Source: Alloascoidea hylecoeti
Taxonomy: Eukaryota
Direction of reading: 5' to 3'
Length of the DNA: 64,000 bases
Assembly: GCA_001600815.1 (NCBI GenBank)
Contig: BCKZ01000016.1
Location: forward strand, 547,077 to 611,076
The notes under the pieces: model-generated
The model's input: the letters and a program-made list of their open reading frames with translations, nothing else
What the model was told of the DNA's origin: nothing
Databases searched by the model: none
Shown: positions 21,106 through 33,618 of the stretch, in pieces
Layout: each line of letters starts with the position of its first letter
How positions within the stretch are numbered: the first letter of the stretch is position 1
Translations under genes and position numbers: made by a program

Positions 21106-24100
21106 AGAAACCCTTTTAAGGAATTCTTTTCTCCTTTGTGTTTTTTCCATTTAGGAAAATCACTATTATTTATTATTATTTATTGATGGACCCTATCATC
21201 ACATTATTTATTTCTTATAGATATATTTAGGAAATTGAAAACTTTCCCTTTATAATCAATATTATCATTAATATTGGTGAAATTTTTATATTTCCTTTTA
21301 ATTGGAAATAGTTCTAATTATGAACAATTATATAATTAAAGATATATAGCTATAAATATATACAGTTTTCCTTCCTACCTATCTGTATTTGTCACGGTGG
21401 TATTTTTAGGAAGTTTTTGAAAAAACTATTGAGAAACGATTAGTGCTTTTGCGGGAGTTAAATGGCTGTCACCGATGGTTTAATATTGTTAATACCGCAT
21501 ACCGGTAGCACCTCTCATTAATAATATTTCACAAAACAACTAGAGAAATATTTTTTAGGGAAAAAAGAAGGGTTCAAATCTTCTCTCTCTGATTATATCA
21601 TTTGCTCTTCTACTCAATTGGATATTCGCGGGTCTATCGACCCTATGGTTACCACCATTTTTCAATGGTTCATTCAGCACCTTTGATATTCGAGATACAG
21701 AATTTTACTATCATATGGTATCGAGTGACCTTCTAGTGTATTTCTGGATTCGATCCATATATCCATCGATGTCTTTGCTACAGATCCGGACCATATGCAG
21801 GTCACTCCATCTTCAATTCCCTATTCAAATCACAACACGTTAATACCGGTACCAGTTTTGTAAAGAAGAGCGTTATCTTGTATGAAGATTACATTGTCTC
21901 TACGGGAGTCGTATCTGTAACTTATAAACTTTTCGGCATCGTGTCTGGGAACTGTTACACGGAAGTTTGTTTCGCGATGTCCGCCAACGGCTAAGTACGG
22001 CTAAGTACGGCCATAAAGTGCCAAGTCTGCCAAGCGCCCAAAGGTATTGGTATTCGGAATAGAGAGAATTATACCTATCAATCGCTTGAAGAATATGCAG
22101 TGTGGTATAATTTTTCCGAAATCTCGCGATTGGTGATCCCAAAACCGTTTCTCACCCTTTACATTCGCGATCTTCCTATCTTATCGGCTTCAGTGAATTG
22201 CCTTGGTTAATGTTCCTATCAGAAATCTTTTTACTGTTAAATGTTTGAGTTAATATGTAGAATTATAACTTTTTGCAAGTGTAAATTGAAAGAGGGATAT
22301 GGATGTTGAAATTTAACGCTATTCCTGATTGTATCATACATGAAATATATCATATATTTTTTCTCATCTCTAGGTTGCAAAATTTATCTACAGATAACGT
22401 TGGAGGTAAATCTATAGCGCTATCATATATAAACTTTATAATATTTAATCTTTTAATTAATATTATAACTGAATAGTTAGTCTAATTTTATTCTAATCCG
22501 CATCGAAAGAATCATTACCATCTCAAATTGGTATATAATAGATATCACTTCAAACTACATAATATAATTATGAAAGGTGATACCACTTCTTCTATAACAA
22601 TATAAGCCTTACATATATACAATTATCGTAGAAAAATTATGTAAACCCCTTGTTTTCTCGTGGAACAAAAAGAGCTCCAGTTAAGCAGCATCTCCAACAC
22701 CAGTTACCCCCTAGTTATTCCGCTGCTCGTGTTCTCTCCTGTTCCCAATTTTTGAAATCATTTGTTAGTATAGATATTATATTTCTCAAAATTAGGAATG
22801 AGTTTAATCAATTTTCAAACTAAATATAGTCATAAAGAAATAATATTATAATTATCGGCCATGCATCGCAATTGATCACAGTTTTGATCAGATAATTGAT
22901 CATATATGATCATGACATATGGTATAACATTTCACTCGTAGTTTAAAGAAATTAAATACAATAGCGTAACGACTGCTATTTTAGGAATATGTGATACCTT
23001 GTCAGTACTTCTTAATTATAGTAGTTAAAATCTAAACGATTTATTTTTATTTATTGGCTTTTAATTGTGAATGGTATTTTTCCGTTATTTGATTTGAAAT
23101 TTTGAAATGATATACCATCGAATAGAATATTATATTTGTTAACTATTATCACAAGTACGTAAACTTTTATAGTTGGGATGATTAAGCGTATTTTCAACAT
23201 ACATGTAGTACCATCGATATCAAAGTTAAATGTGAAGAAAAGAACCCAAGCACAAATAGTGAGGAGTCTTACAGATTGCAACTTCATTGTGATGGCAGCG
23301 CTGGAGCTATAAACTATTACTAGCATAAGATCTTGAACATTCCATTATTGGTACACCTTGTTATATCAGTTTATAAATTATTAATATACCTAAATATTCT
23401 TTTTAATAAAATCAACTTTGAAATATCAAGTTCAATATTTCTCTTCCGTATACCCAGAGATAATTTATAAGAAGTTTGAATCTTCCTATTTAACTTTATT
23501 AGACATTCAAATATCATACAGTTAACTATTTCATAGTTGTTATCTTGAATTATATATATGGTAACCCATATATTTTCTTTAATATCATTTAACGTACAGT
23601 AAATTCAGCTTCAAGAAAATGTTTTTAGAATAATCATACAAAATATATTGGTCTATATTGCGCTATATAACTTATAACCTTACATGAATATACACTACAT
23701 ATTACACATACGTAAAAAGATGCTATACTATATAGTATATAGCTTTTGCTGAATTAGGAAATTTAGTGCTAGTATGGTGAAGATTTGTTTACCTGATCTT
23801 TCAATCCTTCACCAAATTTTGAGAACAACATTTTATTTTCATACGGGTGATATTCATCAAAGGCCTCTCTTCAACCTCTTGCCATTCTGAGAAGTTCCCG
23901 GTAATACAATGTACTTTCTCTGTCTCAGTAATGATGGGTAAATCATTAGAATCGAATCCAACAATTACAAGCCTGGGAGATCTAGATCTGGGTTTAACAA
24001 AAGTGACAACTGATATTGATAATAACATGATAACATCCATTTTTACCTAAAATTATATTTCTTTTGTATAATTATATAAGGTCCTTATAACTAGCTAGCA

Positions 24101-25055
24101 AGCTACTTCCTTTCCCTTTGTACCTGTATAATATCTTATATTTATAAGAAAACATATGGAATATAAGTTATAAACCTTAATTATGGCTTTCGTCTTTCAA
24201 TTGTAAATTGAAATACTTTACAACTACTACAACACTAGAAAGTTAGTACCAAATTCGAATAAAGTTATAATATAATTAATCACAGCCTTTCACAGGGTAT
24301 AGCTAATAGCTATAACAGAATATTGTTTGAGAAACGCTTTATTAAGATAAAGTGACCATACAAAGGGTGATCCCTGTTTTCATATTCGGAATTGTTACCT
24401 ATTATTAGTTAATATTAATAACTTATAAGGTTGTGCATATTAAATACACAAAATATTAAAAAACAATATTATCAATTTATCATGCATATATTGTAATAAT
24501 AATAAAAAGGAATATGTATAATTATAAGATTATTAAACTTGGAAAATTAAATAGATAACACTACTAGTGCTAGTACTTAACAAATATGAAGTTAATGTTT
24601 ATAAACACAGGTCTAAAACTATATATTAACCTTAGCTGGCGACTAGATTCAGCAATATATTCAAAGAAACCTGCTTCCTGATCAGATTTATCCAACAAAA
24701 ACTGAATTTTTTTCATGCATATAGGTATTATAGATTTTCTTGATGATGGTTCGGGGTTATCCCCACAACAACCTCAAATATCCATATACAAATCTAAAGC
24801 CCATAGCCACTCATTCTTCAAATCCCAACATCGTATACATGTATATTTATCCTTGTGGTGGGTCTGAAGGAGCGATTAGGTTTATTCAATGACAAGCCTA
24901 GCTCAAACTTAAAGGAGAGATGAGAAGAATTTACGTATTTATAAATATATTTGTAATTTATGATCATCCAATTGCAAGCTTGAGCTATTCGATTCATAGA
25001 CATAAGTTCATAATTAAGGGTTTATAAGGGATCGATATTTTTAGAAACTTCTAGC

Positions 25056-25546
25056 TGCCAAGCTGGTGAGATACAATAAGTATGTTTGTGGTCCTTTTAG
25101 AGTGTCGGACTACTTGCAATTGCTAATCTTCTTTACGGTTGGGTGGCTGGTGTTGCGAAAGGCCCAATTGTGAGGAATGCAATAATGACAGGGCTTGGTG
25201 GGGTAGTGGGGTAGTGGGGTATTCCAATTTGGGTGAATAAAAAAACGCCTTCTCCTCCATGGCTGCATGCCAAGATAAGAACCGATGCCAAGTCACATAA
25301 ATAAGCTCTACAAGCGTCATAAAATCCGGGTAATAGTGTAGATCTTTGAGACCTCTTCTGCTGACTGGCCGGATCAATGTCCGACAAGCGGTAATTTTTC
25401 ATAAATTAGTTTTATATAAGCACAATTACTAATTATAACATTTAATTTTTCCTGGATTACTCGTGAAAATTTAAATATATACATTTTTGCGTTCATATAA
25501 GTCTGATTTTAGCGATCGTATTACTTATTAGGATTTTTATATATAA
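25056..25546 (+). promoter_or_regulatory. JEN promoter with Rim101/PacC-, Mig1- and CSRE-like sites and a TATA box
   Basis: TGCCAAG at 25056, 25268 and 25286; (GTGGGGTA)3 at 25198-25221; CGGATCAATGT at 25370-25380; TATATAAA at 25539-25546. Confidence 0.55.
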
Positions 25547-25611
25547 AGGCTGAAAACCCCCGTCTTCTTTGTCTTTTTTAACTTGTTTTTCATCATTATC
25601 TTTGGAAAATT

Positions 25612-27189
25612 ATGACTCCTGAATTGGAAAATAAAGAAACATCCTCTTTTGATGAGGATGTTCGCAAACATATGCCTACAGAAGAACCGTTACAAGAAAA
25701 TGAAAAAGGAGTTGACCTTAGTTGGCCTACTGTTAAACGATATATTATAACAAGATTCACCGAATTGTTACCACCAAAAGGGAGTTTCTCTCAAAACAAA
25801 CATTTATTAAATCCATTTCCTTCCTTATTATTAATAAATACTAAACAATGGTTATTTTTTTTGATCGCTCTAGCTGGTTGGACTTGGGATGCTTTTGACT
25901 ATTTCTCGGTCAGTTTAAACGCTACCACTTTAGCTGAAGATTTTGATGTCACGGTGAAAGATATTACCTGGGGTATCACAGTAGTACTTATGCTGAGAAC
26001 TGTTGGTGCCGTCATTTTCGGGTCATTAGGTGATAAATATGGTCGTAAATGGCCTTTTATCATCAATTTACTCATGATGTGTGTTCTAGAGATTGGTACT
26101 GGCTTCATCACTACTTACCAACAGTTTCTAGGAATCAGGGCTCTATTTGGTATTATTATGGGGGGTATTTATGGTAATGCAGCTGCTACTGCTCTTGATG
26201 ATTGTCCTCCCGAGGCAAGAGGTATCGTCTCAGGTATGATGCAACAGGGTTATGCTTTGGGATATTTGTTAGCCGTTGTATTTACAAGAGCCATTGCTGA
26301 CACTACTTCCAAAAGTTGGAGAGCTTTGTTCTGGTTTGGTGCTGGCGTTTGTTTTGTATGGTGCTGTCTTAGAGCTTTGCTTCCAGAAACTGACGCATTC
26401 ATTAATTCTCAAGCCATTAAGAAGGAGCAACACGATATGCGACAACAATTAGGAATTGAGGAAGAAAAGAAAACATTTTGGCAATCGGCTAAAATTGCAA
26501 TGAGGCATTATTGGTTGATATTAGTTTACCTTGTCCTGTTGATGGCTGGTTTTAATTTCATGTCACACGGGTCTCAAGATTTGTTCCCCACTTACATCAG
26601 CAAACAGTTACAATTTAGTGCTGATCGTTCAACAGTCACCAATTGTGTAGCCAATTTAGGAGCAATTTTGGGTGGTGTTTGTGTTGGTCATTTTTCAAAC
26701 TTTTTTGGTCGACGTCTATCTATTATTGTCATGTGCATCATCGGGGGAGCTTTAATATATCCATGGGCTTTCATCCATAACAATGGGATTAATGCTTCTG
26801 TTTTTTTCCTTCAATTCTGTGTCCAGGGTGCTTGGGGTGTTATCCCAGTTCATTTATCCGAATTATCTCCCCCAAGTTCTAGAGCCTTTATTGTTGGGGT
26901 TTCTTACCAACTAGGGAATCTCGCTTCTTCGGCTTCTTCGACGATAGAAACAACTATCGGTGAAAGATTTCCTTTGTCCATCCCTGGTGAAACGGATGTT
27001 TTTGACTACGGTAAAGTTATGGCTATATTCATGGGCTGTGTTTTTGGTTATGTCTTACTGATTACAATTTTTGGTCCAGAAAAGAGAGGTGCTGATTTAA
27101 ATGCTGATACAGCGGCAGAGACGAAAAAGCTTCAACAGATGGCACATGATAATGATTTATATGCTACTAGCATCGATAAACAAGTATAA
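25612..27189 (+). CDS. JEN2: Jen-family carboxylate/H+ symporter (MFS), Jen2-like
   Basis: Family signature NFMSHGSQDLFPT. TM1 GWTWDAFDYFSVSLN resembles Jen2 rather than Jen1. Confidence 0.85.
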   Translation: MTPELENKETSSFDEDVRKHMPTEEPLQENEKGVDLSWPTVKRYIITRFTELLPPKGSFSQNKHLLNPFPSLLLINTKQWLFFLIALAGWTWDAFDYFSVSLNATTLAEDFDVTVKDITWGITVVLMLRTVGAVIFGSLGDKYGRKWPFIINLLMMCVLEIGTGFITTYQQFLGIRALFGIIMGGIYGNAAATALDDCPPEARGIVSGMMQQGYALGYLLAVVFTRAIADTTSKSWRALFWFGAGVCFVWCCLRALLPETDAFINSQAIKKEQHDMRQQLGIEEEKKTFWQSAKIAMRHYWLILVYLVLLMAGFNFMSHGSQDLFPTYISKQLQFSADRSTVTNCVANLGAILGGVCVGHFSNFFGRRLSIIVMCIIGGALIYPWAFIHNNGINASVFFLQFCVQGAWGVIPVHLSELSPPSSRAFIVGVSYQLGNLASSASSTIETTIGERFPLSIPGETDVFDYGKVMAIFMGCVFGYVLLITIFGPEKRGADLNADTAAETKKLQQMAHDNDLYATSIDKQV

Positions 27190-28075
27190 ATGAAAAGGGT
27201 TGCTTTGTTGTTTTGTAAATGGTTATAATTATATTCAGATAAATAGCAGATGCGTATATATTATATAAAGATGTTTTTCTTGGTTTATATTTTGTCTTTT
27301 AATGAAATATATTTATGGTTCAAACTTTTTTTGAGTTCGGAAATGTAAACAAGACGCTTAAAAGGATTGTGTTCCTGGTTAATCCTTCCTAATAACGTAA
27401 TGGGTCAGATTAACCATAGAACTTATGGATTTTGCTGATAATTTGTTTGAAAGATATTGATCTAGATGTTGCAATTATAATTCGCCGATAAATTACTGAA
27501 ACGTAAATTATACATTCACCTATATGATTTACAGCACTTAGCTATTCAATTTTTTTTCAACTAATCTCGAAGTATTATTTTCCCATTACTTACTGTTTAC
27601 ACCTTTGTGACACCACTGGCTAACTAACAGTAAACGAATTGCACAGCATTATATTACTAAAATAAGTTATATTTAAATTTTTGCCTTACATGACTATTTT
27701 GTATTATGCAGGCATATCGCATATTATAAATGACAAAAAAACTACTTCTGTAATATTAATAACATATTTAAAGAATACTCCTAAGCTTGTATGATAGACT
27801 AGAACTTTCAGCAATAAGTTTTAACCAATATTAACTACTAGGTTTATAGAATCATCTATACCTACGGCTGCCATAAAATCCAAAATAAATAATAATATTT
27901 TATACTAGCTAAGTCTTTATGATAGATACTGGTTGATTTTTGGTCAAACCATCCCCTTCAATCATGTATACCTATATGAATAAAATATTATTATTAGTAC
28001 TACCACTTAGTCTTCGAAACATTAATAAAGACTGGAGTGTAACAAAGATTTTAAATAAATAAGAGACCCATTTAT

Positions 28076-28858
28076 TTAGCTTAATAAAGCCAAGACAATA
28101 ACTAAAACAACCACGCTAAGCACAATCAAGATAACGCACTGAACTTTTCTCTTCTTTTGCAAATACCTATCGGCCTTGACCAATTCAGCAGCGGCATTTC
28201 TATTTGTTATGGCAACATTCCCGATATTGTCTTCAACGTTATCCAACTGCTGTCCCTGCTGTTGAATCAAGGTGCCTAAATCCTTAAATATAGCGTTTAC
28301 CTCTTGGACACCATGATGTATTTGCGCGATTTCAGTAGAACGATCTTCAACCTGAGACGTGTGGAAATCCATATCTTCTTGTAAAAGTAGTGCCTGTTCT
28401 TGTATTTGCTGCTGCTGCTGCTGCTGCTGTTGCTGTTGCTGTTGGTATTCATGATTACCCGTATTCTTAGTTGTGTAAGATGTTGAACGTGTGTTAGACC
28501 CCAATAGAGGCGCTGTTTCAGTGGAGCCATTATTGATAGACTTTGTTTTTATTTCCTGCCATTTTCTTTTAATTTCATCCATCTCCTTCTTCAAAGATTC
28601 ATATTCCTTTCGTAATTTTTGTTCCATAAACTTGGCTTCCTTTGTATATGTACCATTTTCACTTGTCTGCAGTTTATTCATGGATGATTCTAGCTGAATA
28701 GTTGTTTCTTCCGCACGTAATAATTGATTAGTTATCTTATCCCGGAGAGAGGGAGCATCCCTTCGGGTGCCTACTAAGGTAATCAGCTTAGAAGACGAAG
28801 CAAGATGTATGCTCAGCTGAGAGAGGAGAGTGCCTGTTTGTTCAAGAGGTTCAGCCAT
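28076..28858 (-). CDS. Vam3/Pep12-type syntaxin (Qa-SNARE) with a polyQ linker
   Basis: Habc region, SNARE motif EVNAIFKDLGTLIQQQGQQLDNVEDNI and a C-terminal TM anchor. First ATG is at 28858. Confidence 0.85.
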   Translation of the reverse strand: MAEPLEQTGTLLSQLSIHLASSSKLITLVGTRRDAPSLRDKITNQLLRAEETTIQLESSMNKLQTSENGTYTKEAKFMEQKLRKEYESLKKEMDEIKRKWQEIKTKSINNGSTETAPLLGSNTRSTSYTTKNTGNHEYQQQQQQQQQQQQQIQEQALLLQEDMDFHTSQVEDRSTEIAQIHHGVQEVNAIFKDLGTLIQQQGQQLDNVEDNIGNVAITNRNAAAELVKADRYLQKKRKVQCVILIVLSVVVLVIVLALLS

Positions 28859-28994
28859 TTTCACCAAACAGTTTATTCCATAAGTTTACTTCTTGCTTCT
28901 TGGTGTTTTGGGTGTTTTGGTTATGGAGAGAGTACGGATGTTACAGAAACACAAACAACTTCATTCTGATTGTTACACCTTTTGACATTCAAAA

Positions 28995-30227
28995 ATGCTG
29001 TTCCGCCCGATATTCGACATCTTGGGATTTTTGGCTGTGGGAGTCACACTAGCATACGCAGTTGGTGACCATGAACACACTAACAACTGGGCTGTTCTTG
29101 TTTCCACGTCTAGATTCTGGTTCAATTACAGACACATGGCCAATGCTCTTTCCATGTATCGCACAGTTAAAAGACTAGGCATACCAGACTCTCAGATAAT
29201 TTTAATGCTTTCTGATGATGTCGCATGCAACCCTAGAAACTCATTTCCAGGAGTGGTTTATAACAACAAAGATAGAGCCTTGGATCTATATGGTGATAAT
29301 ATCGAGGTTGATTATAGAGGTTATGAAGTCACAGTCGAAAACTTCATAAGACTATTAACAGATCGATGGGATGAGGATCAGCCACGTTCAAAGAGATTAT
29401 TAACGGATTCAAAATCAAATATTTTTATATATATGACTGGGCATGGTGGTAACGAGTTCTTAAAATTCCAAGATGCTGAAGAGATTAGCTCATATGATAT
29501 TGCCGATGCCTTCCAACAGATGCATGAGAAAAAACGTTATAATGAGATTTTATTCATGATTGATACATGTCAAGCCAATACAATGTACAGCAAATTTTAC
29601 TCTCCTAACATATTGGCCATCGGTAGTTCGGAGATTGACGAATCAAGTTATTCCCATCATGCAGATATGGATGTCGGAGTTGCTTTGATCGATAGGTTTA
29701 CATACTTCAATCTCGAATTTTTAGAACATATTGATAAAAGGAGTCGAGAAACTGTGCAAGATTTGGTAGATTCTTATACTTTTGAAAAAATGCATTCTAA
29801 TGCAGGTGTCAGAACCGATTTATTCCAAAGGGATATGAAAGATGTTCTCTTAACCGATTTCTTTGGAAATGTTCAAAATGTCGTTGTTGATAATGTTGAA
29901 GAAGACATTGATGTTTTAGAAATTTTGAGGACTCGTGAATTATTTGAAGAGAACAAGAAAATTGCCTCCTTAGAAACATTAGATAGTGAGAAACTTGGGA
30001 TATCGAAGGAATCGAAGCAATCAAATGATGACCTATATCTTAAGACTGCAATCGAAAATGAGAACGTTGAACAAGTCATAGAATTCAGACAAATTGAAGG
30101 CGACGGAATTAACATGAATTCAACCACGAAGAAAGAATCCACTTTGGAAAATTCACAGAACTATAGCTTTATATTATTTGGTGCTATTTTATTAGTCTGG
30201 GTTCTAACGATATTTGAAAAGAAATAA
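28995..30227 (+). CDS. GPI8: GPI transamidase catalytic subunit
   Basis: HTNNWAVLVSTSRFWFNYRH, catalytic TGHGG and IDTCQA, signal peptide and C-terminal TM. Confidence 0.97.
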   Translation: MLFRPIFDILGFLAVGVTLAYAVGDHEHTNNWAVLVSTSRFWFNYRHMANALSMYRTVKRLGIPDSQIILMLSDDVACNPRNSFPGVVYNNKDRALDLYGDNIEVDYRGYEVTVENFIRLLTDRWDEDQPRSKRLLTDSKSNIFIYMTGHGGNEFLKFQDAEEISSYDIADAFQQMHEKKRYNEILFMIDTCQANTMYSKFYSPNILAIGSSEIDESSYSHHADMDVGVALIDRFTYFNLEFLEHIDKRSRETVQDLVDSYTFEKMHSNAGVRTDLFQRDMKDVLLTDFFGNVQNVVVDNVEEDIDVLEILRTRELFEENKKIASLETLDSEKLGISKESKQSNDDLYLKTAIENENVEQVIEFRQIEGDGINMNSTTKKESTLENSQNYSFILFGAILLVWVLTIFEKK

Positions 30228-31485
30228 ATTATGTGCTGCACTTATATTTACATATGAATAATAAAACTGATGGTATTATGGTTAAGGAAATCTAATAACT
30301 ACAAGTTATATATGAATTACCGACGTTTATAAGATTTACGCTACAATTATACTGTCCTTGATTCTCAGGCTTCCTTATATTTTATGAACCAAACTTTATT
30401 TGGATTTCGAATAAATTATAGTAAATTTGAAAGACTTCTCTATTATGGTATAAGCTTACAGCCGAGAATGAGTTTCATAGTGTAATCTAAGATATTTTAT
30501 TAAGCTTACTACAGCTATACTTACTGATAAATTATAACTTCTTAATATGTTCTTATTCATGAGTATTAATGTGTTTAGGTGAACTTTTAGCTTTTATCTA
30601 ATTATACCCGAGGTCATATTTTGATAGCTATAGCCAACCAAGATTGTTCTATACCGTAAGAGTTAATAGTAATAATACTTATGTTTATTCACAAAAGTTC
30701 GGATAAAGTCATATACGCCTAAGCTTGCTTAAATAAAATATATACCGTATTGCACACATTGATTGTGCAAATGGTATATGCATAGTATACTGTAGGTATA
30801 TCTATCCATAATTATATTATTATAACTCATATTTAAGTCTCGTTTAAGATATCCAATTTATACAATGACTGAAGAATCTTCATCAAATAATACATTCAAA
30901 TTCACATATAACTTATCAGAATCAAAAACAAAATCGAATACTAACCATAGCACTATTAATATAAATAAAATAGCAATTGCAAACAAAACAAAATGAATAA
31001 AAATCGGAATATCAAAAAAATATTATATACACATTTCCAATTGCAAGCTCTAAGAAAGAAGATAATTCAAAGGGAAGGAGGAATACAAATCAAAGAAAAG
31101 GAAAAAGAAAAGAAATAATGAAGTAATAAAAAAAACTAGCAAACTATATAATATAAAGAAACTACCCTTCGACCAAAATCAATTTAGTATTATTTTTTAT
31201 CTACTTAGAGCAGCGGGGAAAAAACAAAAATTATTGATTTTATACACCAATTTCATTGTTTTTTGTTATTAGTTTGCAACAGATTAACAGATTGTCAATT
31301 AAATTGACGTCAAAAATGTATAATTCAAAAAAAAACAGAATTCAAATGAGTATATTCGAATAAAATGTCAAAATGAAAGGAACTGAGATAAAACATCAAA
31401 GCGAATGATAATATAAATATAAGACAAGAGATTTAAACTTTCAAATAATATAAATAAATGATTAGTATATTGATTCTCATCCTCT

Positions 31486-33618
31486 CTAATAACCATAATA
31501 ACCTTCATCATAACCGTAGTAACCATCATCATATTCATATCCATCATACGGATTACCATACATTGTAGGACCAGCACTACCGGGAACGACCCCCATTCCC
31601 ATATTTATTCCTGGTCCAATAGGACCAGCCGAATTTGGGATTCCAGGTCCTCCTTGTGCAGACGTATAAGGGTCTATTCCTTGTGTTGACATATATGATT
31701 GTTCAAAATCATCGGCATCTTCATAAAATTCATCGGGATATTGTTGATATAATTGTTGTGGTGGAGCTAAATATTGACCCGATGGATGGATATTTGGATG
31801 AGGTTGTTGAAATGGAATAGGTGGGTGTCGAGAGCGAGTTGAAGATGTTATACGGCGGCGCATTGGAGGTTGGGTCATGTTTTGCTTGGAGGATGCATAT
31901 GAAGGATTACCATTGGGCCCATAATTGTTTGAAGAAGTCGTGGTCGCTTGGTCGGCTGGAATAGGGCGATAGTCTAGTGGTCGCTTGGGAGAAGATGCAG
32001 GGAGAACCGGGGCCTGAATATCGGTATATAACGATGTGTCATATTGATCAACTCCAGACTCTGGTGTCGGCAAATAATATTTGGAATTTGAAGTTGAGTT
32101 TGTTGTAGAATTAGATGATGTAATAGGAACTATTGGATTTGTATCATTTACATTAGATGCTTGTGACCTTTCAGGGACACGTGTAGACGGTTGTTGTTTA
32201 TCTTGTGGTGTTGAGGCACTATGAACAGAGGCTGTATCAGGCTCCGTCTTAATTTCTTTATTTTGTTGATTATTTGGCATAACTTCTAATTCATTTTCCG
32301 ACTTCTGGACAGCTGCCGATGCGGCTGAGACTTTTGAAGCTGCTGATATTCTGGCTCTTTGATTAACACCTCCCATATTATTTGGTTTACTAACCTTATA
32401 AGGATGCTGAAATCTCCATGATCTCATGGATCCTTGAGACATTCTCCCAAAATGGCCGTATTGAGTTGGATTTAAGTATGGATTACGTCTCATTATTGGT
32501 TTTTTCATGGGCATTTGCATCGACCGTGTTATAGGGAACCTTTTCAGTTTTGCAGAGGTCGGGGTCACTGCGTTCTGTTGAGGATATCTTAATGAGTGAG
32601 GGCGCATTTGGTTCATTGGATACATTGGTCTTCGGTAAGGAGGTTGATAATAAGATTCATAATATGGATCTTCATACTGAGCCGAAATTGCAAGATCCTC
32701 CTCCTCCTCCTCTATTGCAGCCGGATTGATGAATTGTGCAGAAGGTTCATCATATTGGGTTGGGAAAGGATCATAAAACGGTAGAAACTCCTCCGATTCC
32801 TGGGTATTAAATTCAACACTTTGTTCCTGTGTATTTGAGTGAACATTTAAAGTTGAAGGAGGATCTTCGAGAGCAATTTCTTCATTTAATACATTTGGAA
32901 GTAGGAAATCATCATTTGCCGTAGGATTGATAGATTTTGACTTATCATTTAAATAGTTTACTAGCTGATCATATAGATTGGTGGATTCGTCCCATTTAAA
33001 GCTCTTTGCTGGCTCTCTTTCAGCAGTCGTTGAAGATTGCTGAGTTTTTGAAGATTCCCTTTTCAGATCTCTCTCCAGGGCATCGGCAAAAAGCTTATCA
33101 TGGTTAACACTAAACCAAAAAAACACCTTTTGTTTTTTCTGCGTCCTCAGACAATTGTTTTTGTATAGGAATTCCAAGAACTCTGATTTAGGATTTTCCA
33201 GAATGGCATCCTGGTTACATTTCAAGTTACGCAAGTCTGAAAAAACGCCTTCTTCAAACTTTTTTCTGTCAATGATGACCCTGCCAAACATTTCAAAGCG
33301 GTATACCATACAGCGAACAATATCAGTACCCGTGATGAAATAGAGGTTTTTCCAGTAGACACAAGAAACGAAACCCTCGTCATGGTTCAAGTAGTATCTG
33401 CGAATTATTTGGTTTTCTTGCCAGTTTGCAGGGGCAGTAGCCAAGAAAAACTTGAGGTCGTCTATGAGCCTGAGGGACTCCTGTAATTGGGATTCTGTGG
33501 CTGGGTCCTGGTGCAGGGTTGTGGTGGCCGGGTCCGATGGGGCGGCGGGGGCGGGGGCGGTCGCGGTCGCGGAGGGCAGTTGGAGCAAAGTGTCTTGTTG
33601 CGAGGGAGGCCCGTCCAT
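31486..33618 (-). CDS. STE12: Ste12/Cph1 transcription factor
   Basis: STE domain DDLKFFLATAPANW...ITGTDIVR...RTQKKQKVFFWFSVNHDKLFADALERDLKRE. No C2H2 fingers (yeast type). Likely start is MDGPP at 33618; the ORF is open to 33726. Confidence 0.95.
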   Translation of the reverse strand: MDGPPSQQDTLLQLPSATATAPAPAAPSDPATTTLHQDPATESQLQESLRLIDDLKFFLATAPANWQENQIIRRYYLNHDEGFVSCVYWKNLYFITGTDIVRCMVYRFEMFGRVIIDRKKFEEGVFSDLRNLKCNQDAILENPKSEFLEFLYKNNCLRTQKKQKVFFWFSVNHDKLFADALERDLKRESSKTQQSSTTAEREPAKSFKWDESTNLYDQLVNYLNDKSKSINPTANDDFLLPNVLNEEIALEDPPSTLNVHSNTQEQSVEFNTQESEEFLPFYDPFPTQYDEPSAQFINPAAIEEEEEDLAISAQYEDPYYESYYQPPYRRPMYPMNQMRPHSLRYPQQNAVTPTSAKLKRFPITRSMQMPMKKPIMRRNPYLNPTQYGHFGRMSQGSMRSWRFQHPYKVSKPNNMGGVNQRARISAASKVSAASAAVQKSENELEVMPNNQQNKEIKTEPDTASVHSASTPQDKQQPSTRVPERSQASNVNDTNPIVPITSSNSTTNSTSNSKYYLPTPESGVDQYDTSLYTDIQAPVLPASSPKRPLDYRPIPADQATTTSSNNYGPNGNPSYASSKQNMTQPPMRRRITSSTRSRHPPIPFQQPHPNIHPSGQYLAPPQQLYQQYPDEFYEDADDFEQSYMSTQGIDPYTSAQGGPGIPNSAGPIGPGINMGMGVVPGSAGPTMYGNPYDGYEYDDGYYGYDEGYYGY

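Noticed and set aside
21571..21581. B-box-like GGTTCAAATCT suggesting a tRNA gene
   Set aside because: No upstream A box or cloverleaf. Likely chance.
33050..33155. Alternative yeast genetic code (CUG = Ser or Ala)
   Set aside because: CTG codons occupy conserved Leu positions of the STE domain (CLRTQKK, DALERDLKRE), which supports the standard code.
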